Shown: positions 21,848 through 35,578 of the stretch, one piece after another
Numbering within the stretch: the stretch's first letter is position 1
Layout: each line of letters opens with the position of its first letter
Source of the DNA: an uncultured Candidatus Rokubacteria bacterium
GTDB taxonomy: Bacteria; Methylomirabilota; Methylomirabilia; Rokubacteriales; CSP1-6
Assembly: GCA_963762145.1 (NCBI GenBank)
Contig: CAVXJS010000014.1
Coordinates: 96,001-160,000 of the forward strand
Direction of reading: 5' to 3'
Length of the DNA: 64,000 bases
Made by a program: the position numbers and the translations under genes
The notes under the pieces: model-generated
Databases searched by the model: none
What the model was told of the DNA's origin: nothing
Seen by the model: only the letters and a program-made list of their open reading frames with translations

Positions 21848-23470
21848 GTGATAAGCCAGAGCGAGGCGTGGGCGGCGCTGCGGAAGCACCACGGGCAGAT
21901 GCGGGACGTTCATCTGAGGACGCTCTTCGCGGAGGACCCGAAGCGCGGCGAGCGGCTCGCGCTCGAGGCGGTCTCCCTCTACCTCGACTACTCGAAGAAC
22001 CGGGTCACCGACGAGACCCTGCGGCTCCTGCTCGCGCTGGCCGAGGCGGGCGGCCTGCGGGCGCGGATCGACGCGATGTTCGCGGGCGAGAAGATCAACG
22101 TGACCGAGCAGCGCGCGGTGCTCCACGTGGCCCTCCGCGCCCCCCGGGGGACGCGCAGCCTGGTGGATGGCCAGGACGTCGTCCCCGGCGTCCACGCGGT
22201 GCTCGACCGCATGGCCGACTTCTCCGCCCGGGTCCGGAGCGGGGTCTGGACCGGCTTCACCGGGAAGCCGATCCGCAACGTGGTCAACATCGGGATCGGC
22301 GGATCCGACCTGGGGCCGGTCATGGCCTACGAAGCCCTGCGGCACTACAGCGACCGCCGCCTCACGCTGCGCTTCGTCTCCAACGTGGACGGCACCGATT
22401 TCGTCGAGGCCACGCGCGACCTGGACCCGGCCGAGACGCTCTTCGTCGTCTCCTCCAAGACCTTCACCACGCAGGAGACGCTCACCAATGCCCACGCGGC
22501 GCGGGACTGGTCCCTGGGCACGCTCCGTGACCCGAAGGCGGTCGCGCGGCACTTCGTGGCCGTCTCCACCAACGCCGCGGAGGTGGCGAAGTTCGGGATC
22601 GACACCGCCAACATGTTCGAGTTCTGGGAATGGGTAGGCGGCCGCTACTCGTACGACTCGGCGATCGGGCTCTCGCTGATGATCGCGATCGGCCCCGAGC
22701 ACTTCCGGGCCATGCTCGCGGGGTTCCACGAGATGGACGAGCACTTCCGCACCGCGCCGTTCGAGCGCAACCTGCCGGTGCTGCTCGGTCTCCTCGGGAT
22801 CTGGTACGTGAACTTCTTCGGGTCGGAGAGCCACGCGGTGCTGCCCTACAGCCACGACCTCGCGCGCCTGCCGTTCTATCTCCAGCAGCTCGATATGGAG
22901 TCGAACGGCAAGTCGGTGGATCTGGACGGCCGGCGCGTGGACTACCAGACCGGGCCGGTCATCTGGGGCACGCCGGGCACCAATGGCCAGCACGCGTACT
23001 ATCAGCTCATTCACCAGGGCACGCGGCTCATCCCGGCCGACTTCATCGGGTTCGCGAGAACGCTCAATCCGCTCGGCCGGCACCAGGATCTGCTCACCGC
23101 GAACCTGATCGCCCAGACCGAAGCGCTCGCCTTCGGCAAGACCGCGGCCGAGGTCGCCGCCGAGGGGGTGCCCGCCGCGCAGGTACCGCATCGCACCTTC
23201 GAGGGCAACCGGCCGAGCAATACGATCCTGGCCGACGAGCTCACCCCTGCTGCGCTCGGGCGCCTCGTCGCGCTGTACGAGCACAAGGTGTTCGTCCAGG
23301 GGTCCATCTGGCGCATCAACTCGTTCGACCAGTGGGGGGTGGAGCTGGGCAAGGCGCTCGCGGGCCGGATCGTGCCGGAGCTCGAGAGCCGCGAGGAGCC
23401 CGCGCTCCGGCACGACAGCTCCACCAATGCGCTGATCCGCCGCTACCGCCGCCGGCGCGCCGGCGCCTGA
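21848..23470 (+). CDS. pgi: Glucose-6-phosphate isomerase
   Basis: [41 protein letters not shown]. Confidence 0.97.
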   Translation: MISQSEAWAALRKHHGQMRDVHLRTLFAEDPKRGERLALEAVSLYLDYSKNRVTDETLRLLLALAEAGGLRARIDAMFAGEKINVTEQRAVLHVALRAPRGTRSLVDGQDVVPGVHAVLDRMADFSARVRSGVWTGFTGKPIRNVVNIGIGGSDLGPVMAYEALRHYSDRRLTLRFVSNVDGTDFVEATRDLDPAETLFVVSSKTFTTQETLTNAHAARDWSLGTLRDPKAVARHFVAVSTNAAEVAKFGIDTANMFEFWEWVGGRYSYDSAIGLSLMIAIGPEHFRAMLAGFHEMDEHFRTAPFERNLPVLLGLLGIWYVNFFGSESHAVLPYSHDLARLPFYLQQLDMESNGKSVDLDGRRVDYQTGPVIWGTPGTNGQHAYYQLIHQGTRLIPADFIGFARTLNPLGRHQDLLTANLIAQTEALAFGKTAAEVAAEGVPAAQVPHRTFEGNRPSNTILADELTPAALGRLVALYEHKVFVQGSIWRINSFDQWGVELGKALAGRIVPELESREEPALRHDSSTNALIRRYRRRRAGA

Positions 23471-23705
23471 CCCCCGTCGACCCGGGCCACGACCTCCCCG
23501 GCAAGGTGCCGGGCCTCGGCACCCTGGCGGCGGGCCCCCCGGAACAACCGGCGCGCGGGCACCCGCAAGCTGGTGCCGGTACTGACCGTCTGGGCCGGGC
23601 GCCCCTACGGGCGGCCGCCGCCCCCGGTCCCCTTCTCTACTGGGGCCTTGTGTTATCCTTCCTTGGCCTGATCCTCCCCGCACCGAGATACCCGCGACCC
23701 GTCGT

Positions 23706-23790
23706 GCGAGAGTGGCGGAACTGGCAGACGCGCTGGACTTAGGATCCAGAGGGGCAACCCGTGGGGGTTCAACTCCCCCCTCTCGCACCA
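23706..23790 (+). tRNA. tRNA-Leu (anticodon TAG)
   Basis: GCGAGAG/CTCTCGC acceptor stem, CTGGA-CTTAGGA-TCCAG anticodon arm, long variable arm, GTTCAA, encoded CCA. Confidence 0.96.
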
Positions 23791-23823
23791 GAACCTGGGA
23801 GTCGCCATGAAGGTGGAAGAGCC

Positions 23824-25098
23824 ATGAAGGTGGAAATCGAAGAGCTGGCGGGCTGCAAGCGGCGGCTGCAGGTCGAGGAGACCCCCGAGGTGGTGTCGAA
23901 GGCCTGGGAGCAGGCCTTCGATCGCGTGCAGCGCGAGGCAAAGCTTCCCGGATTCCGCAAGGGCAAGGTCCCACGCAGCATGATCAAGCTGCACTTCGCG
24001 GACGACGTGCGGCAGGAAGTGGCCCGCCACCTGATCCCCGACGTGTACCGTCAGGCCCTCGCCGAGACGCGCATCGAGCCGGTGGAGGAGCCAGATCTGC
24101 AGGAGGTCACGCTCGAGGAGAACGCGGCGCTGAAGTTCGCCGCGGTGGTCGAGGTCAAGCCCGTCATCACCCTGGGGGCCTACACCGGTCTCGCGGTCGA
24201 GGACACCCCCAAGCCCTTCGCGGACAGCGAGGTGGACGAGGCGCTCGCCACGCTGCAGGAGCAGCACGCGGAGTACCGCGCGGTCGAGCGCGCCGCCGAT
24301 CCCGGCGACCTCGTGATCGTGGACTACACGCTCACCCCCGAGGGCCAGGAGCCCCGCTCCGAGACCGGCTACGGCTTCGTCATCGGGGGCGGCAGCGTGC
24401 TGCCCGAGATGGAGGAGGCGGTGATCGGCCTGGCCGCGGGCGGCTCGCGCCAGACCCGGGTGCGCTTCGGCGACGACCACCGCAGCGAGGCGCTGCGCGG
24501 CAAGTCGGCGGAGGCCACCGTGACGGTGACCGAGGTGAAGGAGAAGGTGCTGCCCGCGCTCGACGACGAGTTCGCCAAGACGGTGGGGGGCAACTTCGAG
24601 ACGCTGGACGCGCTGCGGACCGAGGTCCGCACCGGGCTGGCGGCGCGGCGCGACGCGGACAACCGTCGCGCGCTGGAGACCGCGGTGCTCGACGCGGTCA
24701 TGGCCGGCCACACCTTCGAGGTGCCCGAGGCGCTGATCCTGCGCCAGGTCGGGCATCAGATCGAGCACGCCCGCGAGCACATGCGCCGGCAGGGGGTGGA
24801 CCCGGACAAGGTGCCGTGGGACTACAAGAAGCTGCTGGAGGACCTGCGGCCCGGGGCCGAGAAGGCGGTGAAGCGCGCGCTGCTCATCGAGGCCATCGCC
24901 GAGAAGGAAGGCCTCGCGGCGGCCGACGCGGACGTGGACGCCGAGATCGAGCGCGTGGCCCAGGCCAGCCAGCGCCCGGCGCCCGCCGTCCGCCGGATGC
25001 TCGAGCAGAGCGGGGACCTGGAGGGGATCCGGCACTCCCTGGGTGAGCGCCGGACCATCGATTTCCTTATCGAAAAGAATCAGGCAAACACCGCCTGA
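23824..25098 (+). CDS. tig: Trigger factor
   Basis: PGFRKGKVP signature, FKBP-like domain, typical tRNA-Leu-tig-clpPX order. Confidence 0.95.
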   Translation: MKVEIEELAGCKRRLQVEETPEVVSKAWEQAFDRVQREAKLPGFRKGKVPRSMIKLHFADDVRQEVARHLIPDVYRQALAETRIEPVEEPDLQEVTLEENAALKFAAVVEVKPVITLGAYTGLAVEDTPKPFADSEVDEALATLQEQHAEYRAVERAADPGDLVIVDYTLTPEGQEPRSETGYGFVIGGGSVLPEMEEAVIGLAAGGSRQTRVRFGDDHRSEALRGKSAEATVTVTEVKEKVLPALDDEFAKTVGGNFETLDALRTEVRTGLAARRDADNRRALETAVLDAVMAGHTFEVPEALILRQVGHQIEHAREHMRRQGVDPDKVPWDYKKLLEDLRPGAEKAVKRALLIEAIAEKEGLAAADADVDAEIERVAQASQRPAPAVRRMLEQSGDLEGIRHSLGERRTIDFLIEKNQANTA

Positions 25099-25130
25099 GG
25101 TACACTACGAGCATGGCAAGGAGGCGCCCG

Positions 25131-25754
25131 ATGGGATTGGTCCCGATGGTGGTGGAGCAGACCCCGCGCGGCGAGCGGGCGTTCGACATCTTTTCCCGGC
25201 TCCTCAAGGAGCGGATCATCTTCCTCCCGACCTATATCGAGGATGAGATCGCCAACCTGGTGATCGCCCAGATGCTGTTCCTGGAAGCCGAGGACCCCGA
25301 CAAGGACATCTACCTCTACGTCAATTCGCCCGGCGGATCGGTGACCGCGGGCATGGCCATCTACGACACCATGCAGTACGTGAAGCCAGCGATCTCGACC
25401 ATCTGCATGGGGCAGGCCGCCTCGATGGGCGCGCTGCTGCTGGCTGCGGGCGGGAAGGGCAAGCGCTTCGCGCTGCCCCACGCGCGCATCATGATCCACC
25501 AGCCGCTGGGCGGCGTGCAGGGCCAGGCCACCGACATCGACATCCAGGCCAAGGAGATCCTCCGGATGCGCGAGGAGCTCAACCGCATCCTGGTGCACCA
25601 CACCGGCCAGTCCATGGAGAAGATCCAGAAGGACACCGACCGGGACTTCTTCATGACCGCCGAGCAGGCCAAGGAATACCGGATCGTGGACGAGGTCATC
25701 TCCTCCAAGCCGACCACGCGGTCCGTTCCCGAAGTGGTCGTCACCACCAAGTAG
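25131..25754 (+). CDS. clpP: Clp protease proteolytic subunit
   Basis: [28 protein letters not shown]. Confidence 0.97.
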   Translation: MGLVPMVVEQTPRGERAFDIFSRLLKERIIFLPTYIEDEIANLVIAQMLFLEAEDPDKDIYLYVNSPGGSVTAGMAIYDTMQYVKPAISTICMGQAASMGALLLAAGGKGKRFALPHARIMIHQPLGGVQGQATDIDIQAKEILRMREELNRILVHHTGQSMEKIQKDTDRDFFMTAEQAKEYRIVDEVISSKPTTRSVPEVVVTTK

Positions 25755-25763
25755 GGACCCACC

Positions 25764-27011
<1,248 letters not shown>

Positions 27012-27037
27012 GACCGTCCCCTTCCCGGGGGTCTCCG

Positions 27038-27634
27038 ATGAAGTGGCTCTGCCCCGTCCTCTGCTTCATCCTGCTGTTCGCACTCGATGTCGCGGCCCAG
27101 CCGGGTAGCCTCGACGACTATGTCCGGATCCGCCGCGTCCTCGACGGCGCGCGCGATGAGGCCACGCGCGCCCGCCTCGAGCAACAGGCGGCCGCGGCGC
27201 ACGACACGCTGCTCGCCACCGCCCGCCGGAGCTCACGGCTCGTGATCTTCACCGAGCGGCGGACCAGCTACGAGACCCCCGCGGTGCAGACCGCCCGGCT
27301 GGTCGCCCGCGAGGGCCGGGTCACCCTGCAGGCCCTGGCCGGCCCGCGGCCGCAGTCGCCCGACTGGGAGCGCGCGGGCTTGGTGGAGACGGACACGTAC
27401 CTGGCGATGCTGGAGCGGCTGCTGCGCGACCCCGCGCTGGCCGGGGACTGGCCCGCCCCGCGCTTCGACCCGAACGCCCCCGGCCCACGCCGGGCGATCG
27501 TGGTGCGACTGGCCATCGGAGAGGACGAGCGGGAGATGCAGGCGCTCGACGGCCTGCCCTACGAGCGGCTCGCCGCGCTGGCGGGTGCTCTCATGGAATT
27601 CTGTCGTTCCGTGCCGCTCCGGACGGCCCCCTGA
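27038..27634 (+). CDS. Hypothetical exported protein
   Basis: Signal-like [20 protein letters not shown]; fills the gap between clpX and rsmI. Confidence 0.65.
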   Translation: MKWLCPVLCFILLFALDVAAQPGSLDDYVRIRRVLDGARDEATRARLEQQAAAAHDTLLATARRSSRLVIFTERRTSYETPAVQTARLVAREGRVTLQALAGPRPQSPDWERAGLVETDTYLAMLERLLRDPALAGDWPAPRFDPNAPGPRRAIVVRLAIGEDEREMQALDGLPYERLAALAGALMEFCRSVPLRTAP

Positions 27635-27637
27635 TCG

Positions 27638-28336
27638 ATGGCCGGCACCCTCTACGTGGTGGCGACCCCGCTCGGCAATCTCGAGGACATCACGCTGCGC
27701 GCGCTCCGCGTGCTCAAGGACGTCGCGCTCATCGCCTGCGAGGATACCCGCCGCACCCGCATCCTCCTCACTCACTTCGGCATCCACGCGCCGGTCACGA
27801 GCTACTTCGAGCACAACAAGCTGCGCAAGGCGACGCGCCTGCTCGAGACGCTGCAGGCCGGCCAGTCGGTGGCCCTGGTCACCGACGCGGGCACCCCCGG
27901 CATCTCGGATCCCGGCTTTCTCCTCGTCAAGCAGGCGCGGGAAGCCGGCATCGCGGTGGTGCCGGTGCCGGGCCCCTCGGCGGTGGTGACGGCGCTGTCC
28001 GCGGCCGGGGTGCCCGCCGACCGCTTCCTCTTCGACGGCTTCCTGCCCGTGAAGCCGGGCCGGCGCGTGCACCGGCTGGAAGCCTTGCGCGACCTCGAGC
28101 TGACCGTGGTCTGCTACGAGTCGCCGCATCGCATCCTCGCCTCGCTGGAGGCGATCGCGCAGGTCTTCGGAGACCGCGAGATCGTGGTGGCGCGGGAGAT
28201 GACCAAGGCGTTCGAGGAGATCGTCCGCGGGCCCGCCGCCGCGCTGCGGGAGCGCTTTGCGGCGGGGACCGCGCGGGGCGAGTTCACGGTCATCATCCCG
28301 GTCCCCCCCTCGAAGCCCGCCGCCGGTTTCGAGTAG
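27638..28336 (+). CDS. rsmI: 16S rRNA C1402 2'-O-methyltransferase
   Basis: LYVVATPLGNLEDIT, EDTR, DAGTPGISDPG, YESPHR. Confidence 0.95.
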   Translation: MAGTLYVVATPLGNLEDITLRALRVLKDVALIACEDTRRTRILLTHFGIHAPVTSYFEHNKLRKATRLLETLQAGQSVALVTDAGTPGISDPGFLLVKQAREAGIAVVPVPGPSAVVTALSAAGVPADRFLFDGFLPVKPGRRVHRLEALRDLELTVVCYESPHRILASLEAIAQVFGDREIVVAREMTKAFEEIVRGPAAALRERFAAGTARGEFTVIIPVPPSKPAAGFE

Positions 28337-28383
28337 GAGGTTCTTCCCGCCGCGCCCGGACGTATCCCGTATACTAGGGGGCC

Positions 28384-29172
28384 ATGTTGATCCCCAAGGC
28401 CCTCACCATCGCCGGGTCCGATTCCGGCGGCGGCGCGGGAATCCAGGCGGATCTCAAGACGTTCTCGGCGTTCCGGGTGTTCGGCATGTCGGTGATCACC
28501 GCGGTGACGGCGCAGAACTCCCTCGGGGTCCAGGGTGTGGAGAACCTTCCGCCCGCGTTCGTGGCGCGGCAGCTTCGCTCCGTCCTGGAGGACTTCGGCG
28601 CCGACGCGGCCAAGTGCGGAATGCTCTCGACCGCGCCGATCATCGAGGCGGTCGCCGCCGAGCTCACGACCCGGCGGATCGAGAAGCTGGTGGTGGACCC
28701 GGTCATGGTCGCCAAGTCGGGAGACCGGCTCCTGCAGCCGGAGGCCCGCGCGGCGCTCGCGGACCGCATTCTCCCGCTGGCCCTGCTCGTCACCCCCAAC
28801 CTGCCCGAGGCGGAGGTGCTCGCCGAGATGCGGGTCGCCGAGCCCGAGGACATGGAAGAGGCGGCCCGGCGCATTCACCTGATGGGCCCGCGGTACGTGC
28901 TGGTGAAGGGGGGCCATCTCAAGGGTGACGCGACCGACCTGCTCTGGAACGGGCGCGAGTTCACGCGGTTCTCCACGCCGCGGATCGATTCGCAGAACAC
29001 CCACGGCACCGGCTGCACCTTCTCGGCCGCCATCGCGGCCGGGCTCGCGCGCGGCCAGGCGCTGGGCGACGCGATCCGGTCGGCCAAGGCCTACGTCACG
29101 CGGGCGATCCGCGAGGGCTTCCAGGCGGGCCGCGGCGTGGGCCAGCTCCGCCACTTCATTCCGGACTGGTGA
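28384..29172 (+). CDS. thiD: HMP/HMP-P kinase
   Basis: [36 protein letters not shown]. Confidence 0.95.
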   Translation: MLIPKALTIAGSDSGGGAGIQADLKTFSAFRVFGMSVITAVTAQNSLGVQGVENLPPAFVARQLRSVLEDFGADAAKCGMLSTAPIIEAVAAELTTRRIEKLVVDPVMVAKSGDRLLQPEARAALADRILPLALLVTPNLPEAEVLAEMRVAEPEDMEEAARRIHLMGPRYVLVKGGHLKGDATDLLWNGREFTRFSTPRIDSQNTHGTGCTFSAAIAAGLARGQALGDAIRSAKAYVTRAIREGFQAGRGVGQLRHFIPDW

Positions 29173-29960
29173 TGAGCGAGCCCGAGGTGAGCGCCAGCCC
29201 CGACGTGGCGGGGGCCGATGAGCACGGCAAGATGTCGTTCTTCGACCACCTGACGGAGCTGCGCAACCGCATCGTCTGGAGCCTCATCCCCTCGGCCGTC
29301 GGACTCGGCATCTCGCTGTACTTCACCCCCGCGGTGATGAAGTTCCTCACCCGCGATCTCAAGACCGAGCTGGTCTTCACCACGCCCACCGAGGCCTTCT
29401 GGACGTACATGAAGGTGGCCATGATCATGGGCCTCTTCATCGCGATGCCGATCATCCTCTGGAACGTGTGGGCCTTCGTGGCTCCGGGCCTCCACAAGCA
29501 CGAGCGCAAGTACGCGGCGCCCTTCGTGATCATCGGGTCGTTCCTCTTCCTCGCGGGCGGGACCTTCGCGCTCTTCGTGGTCGTGCCCTTCGCGATCAGC
29601 TTCCTGGTCACCTTCGGACAGGACCAGGGCCTGCGGGCCATGATCACGGTCTCGAGCTACATCGACTTCATCCTGAAGTTCACGCTCGCCTTCGGGGTGG
29701 TGTTCGAGATGCCGGTGGTGATCACGCTGCTGTCCATGCTCGGCGTCGTGACGCCCCAGTTCCTCTCCAAGAACCGGAAGTACGCGATCCTGATCAACTT
29801 CGTCATCGCCGCCGTCCTGACTCCGACCCCCGACATCGTGAACCAGTCCCTGATGGCCGGTCCGCTCATCATCCTGTACGAGGTCGGCATCATCTGCTCC
29901 CGCGTGGTCAGCCGGAAGAAGAAGGCCCGGACGCCGGCGGGCGAGGAGGTCGCGAAGTGA
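29172..29960 (+). CDS. tatC: Twin-arginine translocase subunit C
   Basis: HLTELRNR, WAFVAPGL, FEMP, LTPTPD, LYE. Confidence 0.95.
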   Translation: MSEPEVSASPDVAGADEHGKMSFFDHLTELRNRIVWSLIPSAVGLGISLYFTPAVMKFLTRDLKTELVFTTPTEAFWTYMKVAMIMGLFIAMPIILWNVWAFVAPGLHKHERKYAAPFVIIGSFLFLAGGTFALFVVVPFAISFLVTFGQDQGLRAMITVSSYIDFILKFTLAFGVVFEMPVVITLLSMLGVVTPQFLSKNRKYAILINFVIAAVLTPTPDIVNQSLMAGPLIILYEVGIICSRVVSRKKKARTPAGEEVAK

Positions 29961-31285
29961 CCCCGCTCTCGTTCTCGTCGCTGGACCTGCCCGGACCGGT
30001 GCGCCGCGGCATCGACGACGCGGGCTTCGTCGCCACCACCGCCATCCAGGAGGCGGCCCTGCCGCTCGCCCTGAGGGGCAAGGACGTGGCCGGCCAGTCC
30101 CAGACCGGCACCGGCAAGACGGCCGCCTTCCTGATCGCGGCCTTCACGCGCTGCCTGACCCACCCCGCGCCCGCCCGTAGCGGGGTGACCGCGCCTCGCG
30201 TGCTCATCATCGCCCCCACCCGCGAGCTGGTGGTGCAGATCGAGGCGGACGCACGGCTGCTCGGCGCGCACACCGGCCTGCGCATCCTCTCGGTCTACGG
30301 GGGCATCGACTACAACAAGCAGCGCGAGGATCTCCGGGAGGGCTGCGACGTGCTGGTCGGCACGCCGGGCCGGCTCATCGACTATCTCAAGCAGCACGTG
30401 TGGTCGCCCGGGCATGTCGAGGTGCTCGTCATCGACGAGGCCGACCGGATGTTCGACATGGGCTTCATCGCCGACCTCCGCTTCATCCTGCGGCGGCTGC
30501 CCAAGCCGGAGAAGCGGCAGTCGTTCCTGTTCTCGGCCACGCTGTCGTTCCGAGTGCTGGAGCTGACCTGGGAGTTCATGAACAATCCGGCCCAGATCAG
30601 CATCACCCCGCTGCAGAAGACAGTGGAGAAGGCGGAGCAGGTGCTCTACCACGTCGGCCGCGAGGAGAAGTTCAATCTCATGCTGGGGCTCCTGCGCCGC
30701 GAGGGGGGCAGCCGCATCCTGATCTTCTCGAACACGCGCGAGGAAGCGCGGCGCCTAGAAGACCGTCTGGGGCGGAACGGCTGGCAGGCGCGCGCGCTGA
30801 CCGGGGACGTGGACCAGAAGAAGCGGCTCAAGATCCTGAACGACTTCAAGGACGGGCAGCTCCCGATCCTCGTCGCCACCGACGTGGCGTCGCGCGGCCT
30901 GCACATCGAGGGCGTGAGCCACGTCGTGAACTGGGACATGCCGCAGGACGCCGAGGACTACGTCCACCGGATCGGGCGCACCGCGCGGGCGGGCGCGGCC
31001 GGCAAGGCGATCAGCCTGGTGGACGAGGCGGGCGCGCTCGCGCTCGAGCCCATCGAGAAGTTCATCAGTCAGAAGATCCACGTGGACTGGGCGGAGGACG
31101 AGCTCTACCTGCCCGAGATCAAGCCGACCAGCGAGGAGCGCCGTCGCTACGCGGAGGAGAAGCGCGCGCGCATGGCCGCTCGGGGCGGCGGGGGAGGGCG
31201 CGGCGGCCCGGGCCGCCCGGGCGGTGGTGGCGGCGGGGGTGGCCGTCGCGACGGCCGCTCCTCCGGCCGCGGCCCCCGCCGCTAA
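29957..31285 (+). CDS. DEAD-box RNA helicase (RhlB-like)
   Basis: QTGTGKT, PTREL, DEADRM, SAT, HRIGRTAR; Gly/Arg-rich tail. Confidence 0.95.
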   Translation: MTPLSFSSLDLPGPVRRGIDDAGFVATTAIQEAALPLALRGKDVAGQSQTGTGKTAAFLIAAFTRCLTHPAPARSGVTAPRVLIIAPTRELVVQIEADARLLGAHTGLRILSVYGGIDYNKQREDLREGCDVLVGTPGRLIDYLKQHVWSPGHVEVLVIDEADRMFDMGFIADLRFILRRLPKPEKRQSFLFSATLSFRVLELTWEFMNNPAQISITPLQKTVEKAEQVLYHVGREEKFNLMLGLLRREGGSRILIFSNTREEARRLEDRLGRNGWQARALTGDVDQKKRLKILNDFKDGQLPILVATDVASRGLHIEGVSHVVNWDMPQDAEDYVHRIGRTARAGAAGKAISLVDEAGALALEPIEKFISQKIHVDWAEDELYLPEIKPTSEERRRYAEEKRARMAARGGGGGRGGPGRPGGGGGGGGRRDGRSSGRGPRR

Positions 31286-31366
31286 CCCCTTCTCCCTCTC
31301 CCCTTGGGGAGAGGGCAGGGTGAGGGGTCTGGTGGCGAGAGGTCTGGTGGTGAGGGGTCTGACGAC
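31286..31366. repeat. REP-like palindrome followed by three 15-nt tandem units
   Basis: ccctctcccc-tt-ggggagaggg (31294-31315), then gaggggtctggtggc / gagaggtctggtggt / gaggggtctgacgac. Confidence 0.7.
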
Positions 31367-32053
31367 ATGAGCGCCGCCCCGCACGTCTCGCTCCGTCTCC
31401 CCGATGACGAGCGCGCTCTCCTCGCCGCTCTCCTCGCCCCCTGGCGCGACCTTCTCTACGCACCCGGTCCCGACTTCACCTCGCCCCTCGACCCTGGCGC
31501 CTACTGCACGAGCATCGTGATCGTCCCGGTCACCGGCCCCGCCGTGCGCCTGTCCTCGGTGGTCATGCCGGCCTTCGGCAGTGAGGTCTGCCGCCTGCGC
31601 CTCGAAGCACTCCCGCACGACCCGCCGCCGAGCCTCGGCTCCTTCTTCGACCTCGCCCGGCCCGGCACCGTGTACGCGCTGACGCCGGAGCGCGGCATCG
31701 CAGCCGCGCGCGCGCCGGATCGAGCGGAGTGGCGCTACGCCGGGGCATCGCTGGCGTCCCGGCTCGGTCGCATTGGCGGGCTGCGCCTGTTGCACGAGCG
31801 CGGCCGCGGCGCGGCCGGCTCCTGGGAGACCGACCGCGGTCTCGTGATCACCGGCGCCGACGGGGATCTGAGCCTCGTGCTGGCGATGGCGGAGCCGGGA
31901 GAGTCGGCGCTATTCCTGCCGACGCCCGGCCTGTACCGGGCGGTGATCGATCCCGCCGCGGCGCGGCAACCCGGGGTCACGGTATCCGACCTGCTGGGGC
32001 ACGGCGACCGGGAGGATCCTCTGGACATCACGGTTGCGTTACATGCGGTCTGA
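31367..32053 (+). CDS. Hypothetical protein
   Basis: Open frame of normal composition; no recognised motif. Confidence 0.55.
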   Translation: MSAAPHVSLRLPDDERALLAALLAPWRDLLYAPGPDFTSPLDPGAYCTSIVIVPVTGPAVRLSSVVMPAFGSEVCRLRLEALPHDPPPSLGSFFDLARPGTVYALTPERGIAAARAPDRAEWRYAGASLASRLGRIGGLRLLHERGRGAAGSWETDRGLVITGADGDLSLVLAMAEPGESALFLPTPGLYRAVIDPAAARQPGVTVSDLLGHGDREDPLDITVALHAV

Positions 32054-32151
32054 GCGAACGGTGGCCCGGGGGAAACGGCGGGTGTAGGGTGACCGATGAA
32101 CCCGTGACTCGTTGAATCCGTGACCATTCCCTCGACACCAAGGAGGAGCTC

Positions 32152-32643
32152 ATGGCGACCAAGACGGCAACCAGCAAGTCCACCAAGGTGAAGGCCATTC
32201 CCAACGGCTACCATTCGGTCACGCCGTACCTGATCATCGACGGCGCGGCGCGCGCGCTCGACTTCTACAAGCGCGCCTTCGACGCCAAGGAGCTGATGCG
32301 CATCCCGTCGCCGGGCGACAAGATCGGCCACGCCGAGATCAAGATCGGCGATTCCGTGATCATGCTGGCCGACGAGCACCCCGAGATGGATGCGCGGAGC
32401 CCCGGCCACTTCGGCGGCTCGCCGATCAGCATCATGATCTACGTGGAGGACGTGGATAAGCAGTTCAAGCAGGCCATCGCGGCGGGCGGGACCGAGCTGC
32501 GCCCCCTGACCGACCAGTTCTACGGTGATCGCTCGGGCACCCTCAAGGACCCCTTCGGCCATAGCTGGCACCTCTCCACCCACAAGGAAGACGTCAGCAT
32601 GGAAGAAATGAACCGCCGCATGGCAGCCATGAAGAAAGACTAG
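32152..32643 (+). CDS. VOC/glyoxalase (PhnB-like) family protein
   Basis: SVTPYL, HAEIKIGDS, DQFYGDRSG, DPFGHSW; AGGAGG SD. Confidence 0.92.
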   Translation: MATKTATSKSTKVKAIPNGYHSVTPYLIIDGAARALDFYKRAFDAKELMRIPSPGDKIGHAEIKIGDSVIMLADEHPEMDARSPGHFGGSPISIMIYVEDVDKQFKQAIAAGGTELRPLTDQFYGDRSGTLKDPFGHSWHLSTHKEDVSMEEMNRRMAAMKKD

Positions 32644-32645
32644 CC

Positions 32646-33677
32646 CGGGGTCAGGTCTTGAATTACGACATTTCCCCAGGCGTGGCTGTGTCGTAATCGT
32701 CACACTTGAGAGTCTGGACGCCGGAGCGGTAGCGTGGGCGCCATGTCCCGACCGCTCCGGCTCCAGATTCCCGGCGGGATCTACCACGTCACCGCGCGCG
32801 GGAATGCGCGCCGGGCGATCTTTGAGGACGACGACGACTGCGCCCGGTTTCTGACCGTCCTAGCGGGTACGGTCGCCCGCTATCGCGTGCTCTGTCACGC
32901 CTACTGCCTCATGGGCAATCACTACCATCTGCTGGTGCAAACCCTGGAGGCCAATCTCTCCCTTGCGATGCGGCACCTCAACGGGGTGTACACGCAAGGA
33001 TTCAACCGGCGGCATGAGCGATGTGGTCATGTGCTGCAGGGTCGGTTCGCCGCTCAGCTGGTGGATGGGGATGCCTACCTACGGGAAGTCTGCCGCTACG
33101 TTGTGCTCAATCCGGTCAGGGCAGGCCTCGTCTCGCATCCCGGAGATTGGAAGTGGAGCAGCTTCCTCGCAACCGCAGGTCAGACGGCCGCGCCAGGGTT
33201 CCTCTCCGTGGAGTGGGTGCGAAACCTGAGCGGCGCCAGGACTCAGGCCGAGGCGATCCGGAGATTTGTCTCGTTCGTGGAAGCGGGAATCTCGGATCCC
33301 CGGAGCTTCATAGAGGTGTTAAGGGCGGAGCCGGTGTTGAGCCAAGCCTTGACCGAGCGGCTGGATGAGCGACGGCGCGTGTCAGGTGACTGCATCGAGT
33401 TTCCCCGCGCCCAGCGGTTTGCTTCAAGACCTCCGCTCGAACGGATCTTTCTGGGCATGACCTCCAAGGCCGACCGAAATTCGCGCGTGGCCCTGGCCGT
33501 TCGCGACCACGGATACACCATGCGCGAGGTAGCGGCGTTCCTCGGCCGTCACTACGCGACGATAAGCCGCGTCCTGGCGCAGACCGACGAGCATCGCATC
33601 GCGTCGCCTGACCGGGGCCAGAGTGCCGACAGCCTGGCGGCGACGGAAGAAATGTCGTAATTCAAGACCTGACCCCG
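32646..33677 (+). mobile_element. Y1/RAYT transposase element bounded by perfect 29-bp inverted repeats
   Basis: cggggtcaggtcttgaattacgacatttc (32646-32674) and its exact reverse complement (33649-33677); visibly lower GC. Confidence 0.85.
32743..33660 (+). CDS. REP-associated tyrosine transposase-like HUH (Y1_Tnp) protein with a C-terminal HTH
   Basis: YHVTARGN, MGNHYHLL (HUH), YVVLNPVRAG, WKWSS, GYTMREVAAFLGRHYATISR. Confidence 0.9.
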   Translation: MSRPLRLQIPGGIYHVTARGNARRAIFEDDDDCARFLTVLAGTVARYRVLCHAYCLMGNHYHLLVQTLEANLSLAMRHLNGVYTQGFNRRHERCGHVLQGRFAAQLVDGDAYLREVCRYVVLNPVRAGLVSHPGDWKWSSFLATAGQTAAPGFLSVEWVRNLSGARTQAEAIRRFVSFVEAGISDPRSFIEVLRAEPVLSQALTERLDERRRVSGDCIEFPRAQRFASRPPLERIFLGMTSKADRNSRVALAVRDHGYTMREVAAFLGRHYATISRVLAQTDEHRIASPDRGQSADSLAATEEMS

Positions 33678-33679
33678 AG

Positions 33680-35479
<1,800 letters not shown>

Positions 35480-35578
35480 GACCTTGACACTGTACCACGG
35501 ATGGAGTGGCGGACCAGCGCAGGCGTGGGGCATAATGACGAGTCCAATCCGGCGTCCCACGCGCAAGGAGGCTCATTC

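Noticed and set aside
23471-23823. tRNA-Leu as an island integration site
   Set aside because: No integrase and no duplicated tRNA 3' end seen; tRNA-Leu-tig-clpPX is a normal arrangement
31322-31366. Possible mini-CRISPR
   Set aside because: 15-nt units with no unique spacers and no cas genes; no CRISPR array was seen anywhere in the window
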